A DNA stretch of 64,000 nt, taken from assembly GCF_963921235.1 (NCBI RefSeq), contig NC_086097.1:9796001-9860000 (forward strand), read 5' to 3'. Both the position numbers and the translations under genes were made by a program. This document shows positions 11,186 to 22,329 of this stretch, piece after piece; position 1 is the stretch's first letter, and each line of letters opens with the position of its first letter. This DNA is from Mobula hypostoma (taxonomy: Eukaryota). A model generated the notes under the pieces. That model saw only the letters and a list, made by a program, of their open reading frames with translations, had not been told where the DNA came from and did not search any database.

Positions 11186-12127
11186 TTATCATCACAAGGT
11201 AATAATGGGTAAAGAAGGTTTTTCAGCACACCACATCAGGAGGTCCTGATGACCTGCAGGGTACAGTGACATCCATCTTTTGATGAAGTATTTCCAAGGA
11301 GTTTCTCTTGATGGCAATGTCCATTTCACATGCAAAAGGTTATGTTATTTGTCCTAATGTTGGTCTCTAGCTGTCTGAACATGTGTCCCTTGTGTAATAG
11401 AATGCAATATAGTAGGTTATCCATGTCCGAAACAGCGTAATAATCCTCTTAAGTGCTACCATTTCAGGTGAATTGTTCACAACTCTTCAGCCTTTCTCAA
11501 TATCTCATTCCTCTAATAGTAATGTAGTCCTTTACAACACTTAATCCAATGCTTAAATCTATTTCTTGCTGCTTCTGACTAGAGCAGAATAGTGTTTCAT
11601 TTCTACTATTTCTACTGTTCTGACATTGTAATTCAACATCCCATTGGATTTGAAAATTACTGCTCAGCAAGAGTGCTCTTAGCACTGTTACTGAAATGCA
11701 TGCTATTGTTTGTTTTTAATCCCCCCCCCCCTTTCCTGTTTTTGGCACTCTACATTAGCTTGCATTAGATTTCTCCTTCCATCGCTCTATCTGCTTGCAT
11801 GGATGGTTAATTCATGCTCGAACCTCCGGCTTGTCACACACAATTCTGAATCCTGCATTCTGAGATATTACTTGCCAATTTGACCAATTTGCATTCTGTT
11901 TTTCATTCCAATCTCTTTAGGATAACGCGTATTTTTCCTGCTTAATAAGGTACCTGAGAAACATCTTTGTAACACTGAGGGACATATTGGAAGTGCTATA
12001 TAAGTGGATATATTGTAAAGGAAATGTTTGGTGTTCATTATGCAGCCGTTTAATCAGAGCAGTCCCGTATTTCATCCTTAATCTGTGTTGAGTTTTGTAT
12101 GATGATGTGGAAATGGCAGGTTGGCTG

Positions 12128-12425
12128 GTGGCACGGCCACGTACTGATTAGTGCCATCACTTTACAACCCCACTAATCATCGATCAGGGTTCAATTCCCG
12201 CTGCTCTCTGTAAGGAGATTGTACAGTCTTCCCATGACTGGGTTGTCTCTGCCGGGTCTGCTTTGTTCTCAGTTTCAAAGATATATGGTAAGCTGTGCAC
12301 ATGCTATGTTGGTGCTGGAAGTACGGTGACTCTTGCAGGTTGTCTTTGCTGATTTGACATGACACATTTCACTGTATATTTTGAATATTGATGTACTTGT
12401 GACAAACAAAGCTAATCCTTATCTT
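12128..12425 (+). mobile_element. tRNA-derived SINE (HE1-related variant)
   Basis: GGGTTCAATTCCCGCTGCTCTCTGTAAGGAG head. A related copy lies at 27343-27610. Confidence 0.65.
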
Positions 12426-12530
12426 TAAACATGACAATGATCTTGGTATGCTTACAAAAAAATCCTGCAATTATATAATGGCCTTCATGTTGTCAGGTTG
12501 TTTCTGTCACTATGCAGCCCATGAGATACA

Positions 12531-12640
12531 ACACTGTTGCAATGTGCAAATACAGCAACCAATTCCACAAATACCGATATAAAAATGGCCACAGGTTTCT
12601 CTTTCATCATATTGACTGAGAAAAGAACTTTGGTAAGTGA
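12531..12640 (-). mobile_element. Ancient Deu-domain SINE (SacSINE1/AmnSINE-like) relic
   Basis: CACTGTTGCAATGTGCAAATACAGCAACCAAT..CCACAAATACCGAT..ATATTGACTGAG resembles, from memory, the antisense of the shark DeuSINE 3' region. Heavily diverged. Confidence 0.4.
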
Positions 12641-12705
12641 TACACTTCCTGAGGAGACTGAGGTGAGCAAGGACCCCCCCCCCCCCTCCACCCCCACCGC
12701 CATTT

Positions 12706-14130
12706 AATCAATGTTTACAGGAGCACCATTGAGACTGCCCTGACCATTTGGCACAGGAGTTGTAAACCTCCAACCACAAGACCCTACAAAAGATTGTGAG
12801 GACTGCTGAGAGGATCATTTGCGTCACTTTCCCACTTATTTGAGATATTTATCAGGAATGCTGCATGCGTGGGGCCCTTAGCATTGTCAGTGATCCCTTC
12901 CATCCATCCAAAAATCTCTCTGACCCCCCACCATCAAGCAGGACGTACCATTAGGACAAAGACTATTAGGATTGGAAACAGCTCCTCCTGCCAGGGTGTG
13001 AGACTACTGAACTCCCCGACACCGCCCAGGTCTAGTAGCGTATGAAGCACCAGTAGCATTATATTGTTTATTTTTTTAAAATTCTTTTGCACCTTATTAT
13101 TTGCTAATTTATTTGTGTATGTGTGTTGTGCACCTTGGGCTGGAGGAACATTGTTTCGTTTGGTAGTATACATGTGTAAACGGGTGTCCGTTGAATATCA
13201 TAGTTTATTGTTAAACTGCACTTATGTATTCACGCTGGTAATGCTAAAATAGCTGCCTGTGCCTTTAAAATAAAACGATGATGTTATTACGCACGTGTGG
13301 AGTGAAAGAAAAGTTACAAGGTTCTAGAAAGAATGTTGAGTGTTTTCCCAGATATGGTGAGGAAAAGTGGATAATATCTATAATATTTATATAAATTTAT
13401 TTATACTTGTTTGTACATCTAGAATATTGGTCATTTGACATATTTTACATGTGGATGTTTTAGATTTTCATGAGTAAGGTATCGGCGCTGGATAGCACGG
13501 TTGTGTGAAGTTCCTTATCAGCCTAGTAGGTTAGTCTTTCTAGTAATTCAACGACAAGGCTATATAGTGTATAAGTTCTTGTAAAAGTTCATTTTTGTCT
13601 TACTTTATTGTTTCATGACTGAATGTAATAGAGTAAGGTGAATGCGTTAATATCTGTTCATGTAGCGTGAGCAAGGAGAACCCGCTTCAGGGTTTAGCCT
13701 ATATGTGTTTGGAAATTAAGCACATGTGTGCCAATGTGAGTGTATCTCTTAGCTATGATGAGTTATATTTGTTCATATTTTTGATGTTGTGTATAAGATA
13801 TAGGGTTGGTGGGATCCTCATGTTGTTTGTATTGCTTTTTTAGAATTACACAACCATACTGGTTTTGTATATTTTGTTTTACTTTTTTTCTTACTACATA
13901 CGTAACTAGTTGATACACAAGGGTGTGGACTGAAATTAAGCTGAGCTTAACAGCAAGAATTTTTTTAAATTAATTTTGTTGTTTTCAATTTGATACTCTC
14001 TTTCTGCATTAAAATATCTAAAACAGGTAAAGGAATTAAAGACCTGAAAAGGTATTTGTTGTCCTGTGTTTGTCTTTTTCCCAGGCTACAAAACATGTGT
14101 ACGGTTGAATAACAATAAACAAACTTGAAC
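12706..14130 (+). mobile_element. Rex1/Babar-type 3' fragment interrupted by a solo LTR
   Basis: KTLQKIVRTAERII..ALSIVSDPFHPSKNL..IRTKTIRIGNSSCQ. The tail gtatacatgtgtacggttgaataacaataaac is split at ~13174/14096. Confidence 0.7.
13175..14095 (+). mobile_element. Solo LTR-like insertion (~920 bp)
   Basis: Starts TGTAAAC and ends GGCTACA(AAACA). ATTAAA lies ~85 bp before the end. It cleanly interrupts the LINE tail and has no ORF. Confidence 0.65.
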
Positions 14131-14439
14131 TACGCTCTTTTTCAACTTAATACCATGTGTACATTTCTGTCCACCTGACAAGACTTCATGTTAATGGTGC
14201 AACATTCTTTCAATAATACAATGGATTGCCATTTGTATTCAAGTATGATGACCCCACACTCTTCTGATTCAGCCATAGAGTGGCCCTAAAATAGGTCAAA
14301 AACAGATGAGCAGGAAGGTCATCCAAAAGGATTACTAACTGTTGTAGCAATCACATGGCATGCTTACAGGATAAAAACTGACTCTGTTTATTTTCGAATA
14401 GCCCAAGCAATCCCAAGAAGCTGAGACCGTAATGCCAGT

Positions 14440-14730
14440 GGAGTGCCAATCAGGATGCCATTACAGCTCAGGGAATTCCAGAGTTCTGAGATCAATTCCA
14501 GTGCCATTCTGTAAGGAATCTCTGTACATTCTCCACTTGACAACATGGATTTCCTCCAGGTGCTCCAGTTACCTCTCACTGTCCAAACGTATAACAAGTA
14601 GGTTAATTGGTCATTGTAAGTTGTCCAGTGATTATATTAGGGTTAATTGAGTTTGTCAGGGGTTGCTGGGGCAGCATGCCTGGAAGGGGCAGAAGGGCAT
14701 ACTCCATGGAGTATAGCTAAATAAATAAAT
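14440..14730 (+). mobile_element. HE1-like V-SINE
   Basis: GGATTTCCTCCAGGTGCTCCAGTTACCTCTCACTGTCCAAAC V-domain, (TAAA)n tail. Confidence 0.8.
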
Positions 14731-15165
14731 AATGGTCTGTCACTACCTTAGAACCATTCTTATGGTCCACATAGTTCAAAATTTTAAAACCACAATGTTT
14801 CAGATCAATCAGTTTTTGGATCAAGGTTCAAAAAAGTTTCAAAATTTCAGCTCATAGTTTCTTTGTTACGTGAGGAAAGAGAAACCATTTGTTTGAGATC
14901 CCAATAGGATCTGTCACCATGGAAACAAAGCTTAAAACATCATCCCCTTGAGTGGAGAGCAAAACAAAAACGATTCTGGGTAAATACATCAGAAGTCATT
15001 GGTGCTTAACACACATTGACTTTTTGCTGAAAGTTATTCAATATTTCATTGCTTCATGTTCCACTGTTTCAGTCTTCACAGATTAGACAAGATGGTGAGA
15101 TAGATTTTGTGGGGAATTAGAATTTTGTTAAGCAATTAATATCTCTGTGTTACCACAATGCAATT

Positions 15166-15590
15166 AAAGCTGCCCAGAATGGCTGGAAGACCAAGATTTT
15201 CCCTGTAGAAGTGGGATGCAGGAGATTCGTTGCTACATCTACGACCAGTCTATTGAAGAAGGTGGGGGTGAGGGGTCACTCCCTCCAAAAAGCAATCAAG
15301 TCCTTATCAAATGCAGCAGAAGAAAACAGCAATTGGATTTGGATTAAAGGGAAAGACAAATGGGCTGCAAGATGAAGACAGGAGGGTATGGAACTGAGGG
15401 GGTGTATCTGGGACTCCAGGTAGCACCGTTGAGCCCTCTGGAGACATCGTGGGCTTATCAGTGAAACGTCAAAGAAGGAGGGTGCCCACCTGATGACTCT
15501 GATGATGTACCTACCCTCCCTCCTTGTCACCACTCCAAGCCCACTGGCAACATCGAGAGTGCCGACTTGCCATAGGGATTGAAACATCAC
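15166..15590 (+). mobile_element. HERO-clade (restriction-like endonuclease) non-LTR retrotransposon, 3' end
   Basis: 15169-15375 translates AAQNGWKTKIFPVEVGCRRFVATSTTSLLKKVGVRGHSLQKAIKSLSNAAEENSNWIWIKGKDKWAAR*. The P.EVGCRGF..AAE..S.W.W.K pattern matches the HERO RLE C-terminus. Confidence 0.8.
15433..15505 (+). ncRNA. Candidate non-circularly permuted (pseudoknotted) hammerhead ribozyme
   Basis: GACAT-C^-GTGGGC ... TTATCAGT-GAAA-CGTC ... GCCCAC-CTGATGA-CT-CTGATGA. All three core strands are present and stems I, II and III can form. Confidence 0.65.
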
Positions 15591-15789
15591 GGTCCTAGTA
15601 GCTCTACTCCTCTTCACTTTGAAATGGAGGGCAACTCTTGTCTGCACCTGGTATTGAGCTGAAAGGATGATTAGTTAATGAGGTAAATACTTATTAATCT
15701 CTAAAATGGAGAGACCATGGAACTATTATGGTCCAACCAGCCGCAGGGGCAGGCCATAGCGACGAGATTTCTCACAGGTTGGCGACGCT

Positions 15790-18700
15790 GGTTTAAAAGG
15801 AGAGCTTTGCGGGCATTCAGGCTTATTCCGAAAGTGATGCTTGTTTAAAGTACAGAAGGGGTAAGCAGGGCGGCCATTGTTGGGAGTAGGCCAGTGGTGA
15901 GAGTGGGAATGTCAGGCTTAGGCTCAAAGGAGGCTTTGGCTTGAAAGAGGCATTGGCTTTGAGTAAACTTCTGTTAAGGTTCCTTTTTTTCCTCTCTTAC
16001 TCTACCTAGTGTAGTAAATGTGTGTTCTTCATGCCGGATGGTGGAGTCTTGGGAGACCCAGAGTCTCCCAGGGAACTACATCTGCGTGAAGTGCATCCGG
16101 CTGCAGCTCCTTGAAGACCATGTTAGGGATCTGGAGCAGCAGCTGGCTGACCTTCGGCTTGTATGGGAGAGTGAGGAGATAATCAATCAGAGTTACAGGG
16201 AAGTAGTCACCATGAAGTTGCAGGAGGTGAATAGCTAGGTGACTGTCAGGAGAAATGGAAATGTGAATAGGCAGTTAGCGCAGAGCACCCCTGTGGCTTT
16301 CCCTTCAAAAATAATATACTGTTTAGGATACTGTTGTGGGGGATGATCTTCCAGGGGAATGCCACGGAGACTGGGTTATTGGCACGGAGCATAGGTCCAT
16401 GGTGCAGAAGGGATAGAGGGAGGAGAGCGGCGTGGTAGTGATAGGGGACTCAATAGTCTGGGGAACAGACAGGAGATTATCTGGACGTGAAAGGTACGTT
16501 GCCTTCCAGGGAGCAACGTCACAGATGTCTCGGATCACATTACAACATTTTGGAGAGGGAGGGAGACCAGTCAGACGTCTTGGTATATATTGGTAACAAA
16601 GACATAAGAAGGAAAAGCAAAGAGGCCTTGAGAAGAGTATTTACCAAGCTAGGTAGAAAGCTGAGAGGCAGGACCACCCTGGTAGTAACTTTTGGATTGC
16701 TGCCTGTGTCATGCACCAGTAAGGGTAGAAACAGGATGCTTTGGCAAATTAATGTGTGGCTGAGAGACTGGTGTGGGGGACAGCTTCTAGGATCATTGGG
16801 ATCTCTTCTGTGGGAGGTATAACTTGTACAAAAGGGACAGGTTGCACCTGAACCCAAGGGGAACCAATATTCTTGTGGACAGGTTTGTTAGAGCTGTTGG
16901 GAAAGGTTAAAACTAATTTAGCAGAGGGGTGGGAACTGCAGTAAAGGGACTCAAGATAGGACGAATGATAAAAATCAAAGATACCATGCAGTCAGGCTGC
17001 TAGGAAGGGCAGACAAATGATAGGACATAATTGGAGCCAGTAGGGTGAGTATCAGTGCATCAGCGATGTGGATCCAAAAAAGGTAACAAATGCAGCACTC
17101 AAAGCATTATACCTCAACGCACAGGGTATAAGAAATAAGGTGGATGATCTTGTTGCACTTTTACAGATTGTTGGATTTGATATTGTGGCCATCACTGACA
17201 CACTGACTCATGGCTGAAGGATTGTTGTAGTTGGGAGCTGAATGTCCAAGGTTACATGTTATATCAGAGGGATAGGAAGGTAGGCAGAGGGGGTGATGTG
17301 GCTCTGCTGGTAAAGAATGGCATCAAAGCAGTATAAAGGTGTGACATCGGATCAGAAGACGTTGAATCCTTGCGGGTTGAGTTAAGAAACTGCAAGGGTA
17401 AAAGGACGCTGATGGCAGTTACAGTATATACAGGCCTGCCAACAGTAGCTGGCATGTAGACTACTGATTACAAAAACGAAATAGAAAAGATGAGTCAAAA
17501 GGGCAATATTATGGTAGTCATGGGAGATTTTAACATACAGGTCGATTCTGAAAATCGGGTTGGTAATGGATCTCAAGAAAGTGGGTTTGTTGAATGCCTA
17601 AGAGATGGCTTTTTAGAGCAGTTTGTTGTTGAAACCTATAGGGGATCAGTTATACTGGATTGGGTGTTATGTAATGAATCAGAGGTGATTAGGGAGCTAA
17701 AGGTAAAAGAACTCTTAAGAACCAGTGATCATAATATGACTGAGCTTAGCTTGAAATTTGATAGGGAGAAAGCAAAGTCTGACGTAACAGTATTTCAGTG
17801 GAGAAAAGGAAATTACAATGGTATCAGAGAGGAGTTGGCCAATGTAAATTGGAAGGAGCTCCTGGCAGGGACTTCACCAGAGCAGCAAAGGTGTGTGTTT
17901 AGGGGGGAAAATGAGGGAGGTGCAGGACATGTGTATTCCAAAAATGTAGAAATACTCAAATCGCAAAATAGTACAACTACAGCTGATAAGGGAAGTCAAA
18001 GCTAATGTAAAAGCAAAAGAGAGTGCATACAACAAAGCAAAGATTAGTGAGAAGACAGGCAATTGGAAAGCTTTTAAAACCCTACAGAGAGCAACTAAAA
18101 GAATCATTAGGAGGGAAAGAATGAAATATGAAAGCAAGCTATCAAACAATATCGAAGTGCATAGTAAAAGCTTTTTCATGTATGTAAAAAAATAAAACAG
18201 AGATCAGAGTGAATATAGGACCGCTAGAAAATGAGGCTGAAGAAATAGTATCAGTGGCCAAGGAGTTGGCAGATGAACGAAATGAGTATTTTGCATCAGT
18301 CTTCACTTGGAAGACACCAGCAGTGTGCCAGATGTTGAAGGGTGTGAGGGAAGAGAAGTGGGTGCAGTTACTATTACAAGGGAGAAAATGCACAAAAAGC
18401 TGCAAGACCTATGGGTACATAGGTCACCCAGGCCAGATGAACTGCACTCTGGAGTTCTGAAAGAGATAGCGGTAGAGATTGTGGAGGCATTAGTAATAAT
18501 CTTTCAAAAATCATTGGACTCTGGCCTGGTGCAGAGGACTGGAAAATTGCAAATGCCACTCCATTCTTTAAGAAAGGAGGAAGGAAATTATAGACCAGTT
18601 AGCCTGACCTCAGTGGTTGGGAAGATGTTGGAGTCAATTGTTAAGGATGAGGTTATGGAGTGCCTGGTAACACAGGATAAGATAGGATAAAATCAGCATG

Positions 18701-19201
18701 GTTTCCTTCAGGGAATTTCCTGTTTCCTGTTGGAATTCTTTGAGGAGATTACATGCATGATAGACAAAGGGGTTGCTATGGGTGTTGGATATTTGGACTT
18801 TCAGAAGGCCTGTGACACGGTTCCACACATGAGGCTACTTACCAAGTTAAGAGTCCATGGCATAGCAGGAAAGTTACTGTCATGGTTAGAGTATTGGCTG
18901 ATTGATAGGAGGCAGCGAGTGGGAATAAAAAAAGATCTTTGTCTGCTTGATTGCCAGTGAATAGTGATGTTCCACAGGGGACGGTGTTGGGACCAATTCT
19001 TTTTATGCTGTATAGCAATGATTTATATGATGGAATAGATGGCTTTGTTGCCAAGGTTGCAGATGATACAAAGATTGGAGGAGGGACGGGTAGTGTTGAG
19101 GAAACAGGTCGGCTGCAGAAAGACATAGACGGATTAGGAAAACAGGCAAGAGAATAGAAAATGAGATACAATGTTGGAAAATACATAATCAAGCACTTTG
19201 G
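15790..19201 (+). mobile_element. Near full-length decayed CR1 LINE, 5' part (ORF1, APE endonuclease, RT); continues at 24506
   Basis: ORF1 zinc finger/zipper CSSC..YICVKC..LQLLEDHVRDLEQQL and SGNH esterase VIGDSIV..LHLNPRGTNIL. ORF2 LYLNAQGIRNK, VMGDFN, LDWVLCN, SDH, NYRPVSLTS, PQGTVLGP, ADDTK. Confidence 0.92.
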
Positions 19202-19628
19202 TGTAACTCTCGCTTTGGCTCGCGGCTTAATTTAGGGGGTGATAGCCCCTGGCCTGGTCGAACCTAAGAAATTTTGTTTGGGTGGATGCTGCGCGATGTG
19301 TCCCCTGTTACAAATCAGTACCCCGAAATAACAAACAGTACACAATATGTGATTAAATGATTTAGCTTTATAATTCTTATTTTGACTATATGGTTAGTAA
19401 AGAAATGAAAAACAAGGGGAAAAAAAGGGCCCAATCTTATTAAACAGTCTGTTGCGCAAAGGTGGAGCTCACTGATAAGTTGATCGTCCACCATCGACCT
19501 CCTCCGATCGTTGCTGCCCTTCGGACCCTCGCTGCAAGTCTACCCCATCTGGTGGTCTACCAGATCTCTCCATTCACGTCTTCTCTCCTCATCTGTCCCT
19601 GGCAAAAGCCCGCGAAAAATCTCCTTCC
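19202..19628 (-). repeat. Partial 3' LTR of the Gypsy element
   Basis: Begins TGTAAC on + (CA end on -) exactly at the CR1 breakpoint. Non-coding, and joins pol directly at ~19630. Confidence 0.75.
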
Positions 19629-19629
19629 A

Positions 19630-22304
19630 GAACCAGCTGGCAATGCCGGGGTCGGTCTGGGGGTGACATGACCTGGTATAAGGTCTGGTTCTTCAACTCC
19701 AACCAAGGCCATTCTCATAGTAACAGAAGCACCGATGCATGTTTCGTCCTCTCCGCCTGAGCTATATCTTCTTTTTCGACTGCCGCCCAAATGGTACCAA
19801 TGCCCGGATCATCTCGCTGAGCAGCAGCCACTTCCCCAGAGCTCAATTCCAGCAGCTGGTTTGTCTTCAGAGCAGTCAGGTTACAGTAAACTTGGGGAAT
19901 GACGTCATCAGAAGTCCCCAATTGATCTACCACTCGCTCCTGCCTTCACGGTGATGGCAAACTGACACGGGGCCTTCACCCCCGGGACAGCAACATTTTC
20001 CCACTCCTCATCCCTGTCCAGTCCCTCATGCATCCGTCAGGACAAAACATCCGCATCAATGTTCTGGCTTCCCCGCCGGTACTTCAGGCTGAAGTCGTAG
20101 GCAGACAATGTTGCCAACCACCGATGGCCTGTGGCATCCAGTTTCGCTGAGGTCAGGATACAGGTTAGGGGGTTGTTGTCCGTCCTCACCTCAAACTTGG
20201 CCCTGTAGAGGTAGTCACTCAGCTTATCCACCACCACACATTTCAATGCCAGAAATTCCAACTTGTGCCTGGGATAGTTTTTCTTGGAGGGTGACAGACT
20301 GCGGTTGAGAAATGCAATGGGCCTCAACCAGGAGCCCTGATTCTGATACAGGACGCCCCTTAAACCCTCTCATCTGGCATCCGTGTGCAGAACATACAGT
20401 AATCGGGGATCCGCAAAAGCCAGCGCTGGTGCCTGGGACAGCAGCTCCTTCAGCGACAAAAACCCTCCTGACATTTTGCATCCCACCTCGGTCCAAAGGG
20501 CTCCGATGGGCTAAGATACTCCCCACCCTCCTGTCTTTTCTTCTCCCTCCCTTTCTTCCCCAAGGGAGGGTAACCACACAGAAGCTGATTTAAAGGGTAA
20601 TTCACTTTTGCGTAGCCTTTCACAAACCTCCAATAGTAACCACAGAACCTGAGGAATGAGCGCACAGCGCTCACAGTCTGGGGTCTTGGCCAAGTGGTAA
20701 CCGCCTCGATCATAGCTGGGTCTGTATCTACCCCATCCCATGAGACAATGTGCCCAACATAGCTAACAGACATTTGGCAGAACTGGCACTTGTCCAGGGA
20801 AAGCTTTACCCCTTCAGCTTTCAGGTGGCTCAGCACCTTCAGCAGCCTCGCTTCATGTTCTTCCAAGGTGGACCCAAATACTATGAGATCATCCAGATAT
20901 ACCAATACCTCAAGCAAGTTCATATCCCCCACCGTCTTCTCCATGACCCGCTGGAAGGTTACAGGAGCTTCCGAGATGTCCTGGGGTATGCTTTTGAACT
21001 GGAAAATTCCCAAGGGACATATAAATGCCATTTTCTCTTTGTCGGCCCCACTCCTGGGGACCTGGTAATATCCACTCCTCAAGTCCAACACACTGAACCA
21101 CTTCACAACACTTAGGCAGGCCAGCGCGTCTTCAATCCTTGGGACAGTATGCCGGTCAGGGATGTGGTCCACACACATCTGTACTTTCCTATTCTTCTTT
21201 CGGGCCACTACTACTGGGGACGCATGGGGACTTCGGGACTCGGTTATGACCCCAGCTTCCTTCAACATACATAAATGCTGCTGAACGTCCTCCACCTCTG
21301 CAGAGGCCAGTTGCCATGACCTTTCTCTGAACGGGGCATCCTCAGTCACCTGGATATTGTGATGAGTGCTCTTGGAACAACCCACATCAAACTCGTCAGT
21401 GGAAAAGACACCTTCCAGCTTCAACATCTTCTCTACCAGCCTCCTCTTCCAACCTACAGGAACCGGGGAGTCCCCAAAGTTGAATGACTCGGAAGTCAAC
21501 TTTCCCCCCTTTTCCAATAGTTTCTCCCTGGCGTGTCTCACAGGGAAATTACCATCACTGGGAACAAGTGCGCCAGGGGCATCCCCCACTTGAAGGTGAC
21601 CTCCCTCTTCGTAGTGTTCCTGACAATCACTGCCATCCTGCATTCCTGTACAACCGAGGGCTTCTGCAATTTAGGCCTCACCAGTACCCCAGCAGGAAAT
21701 CCCGACTCCCCCTCATGGTCTTCCGGAGTGTCCACTAAGAGGGGTTCGCCCTCAGGCACTCCGGGAAATTTGGGGGTCCCCATCACTCTCACTACTCCCC
21801 CGGGCTGAACCACCATTGGCTTCGACTGGTGAACCACACAGTCCCTTGTTTAAATTTGGTATCTGGCCCAAGGTTGCCACGTACTTCTTCAAAAGCAGTT
21901 CAAAACCCCGGGTATATGGACAATGTTCCCAGAAAGCTCTCGCTAGCCTTCTCCTTGCAGGCCCCCATGAGCCTCTTCACAAGAGGGGTGTTGGTCCCCA
22001 CCAGAATTGAGACGCCGCCCGTCTCAACAGGGTCCGGACAAACCAGCACCACTGTATCAAGGACCTCAGACATTCCCACATCGGCCTCTGAGAACTCCAA
22101 CTTCACTGAGAAATAATTGTCGTTTGGATAATCAGTATCACTAAGCCCCCAGATCTCTAGTGCTCTGAATGGTGTCAATGGTAGATGCTTCGGATACCAG
22201 TTGTAAAACGAACGGTACAACAACGTGACCTGTGACGCTGTGTCGAGTATGACTTTAGCATAAATACCCTCTATTCGTAGCGACACACTGGAGCATGGTC
22301 CCAC
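19630..22304 (-). pseudogene. Gypsy pol (protease, RT, RNase H), frameshifted
   Basis: ORFs 21900-22304, 21538-21837, 20450-21643, 20037-20327 and 19715-19933 are successive pol segments. Confidence 0.9.
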
Positions 22305-22329
22305 TACTTCAGGAACTGGGCCTTTCGAT

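Noticed and set aside
11234..11252. CTGATGA within a small hairpin
   Set aside because: No GAAA or NUH partner strands; not a hammerhead.
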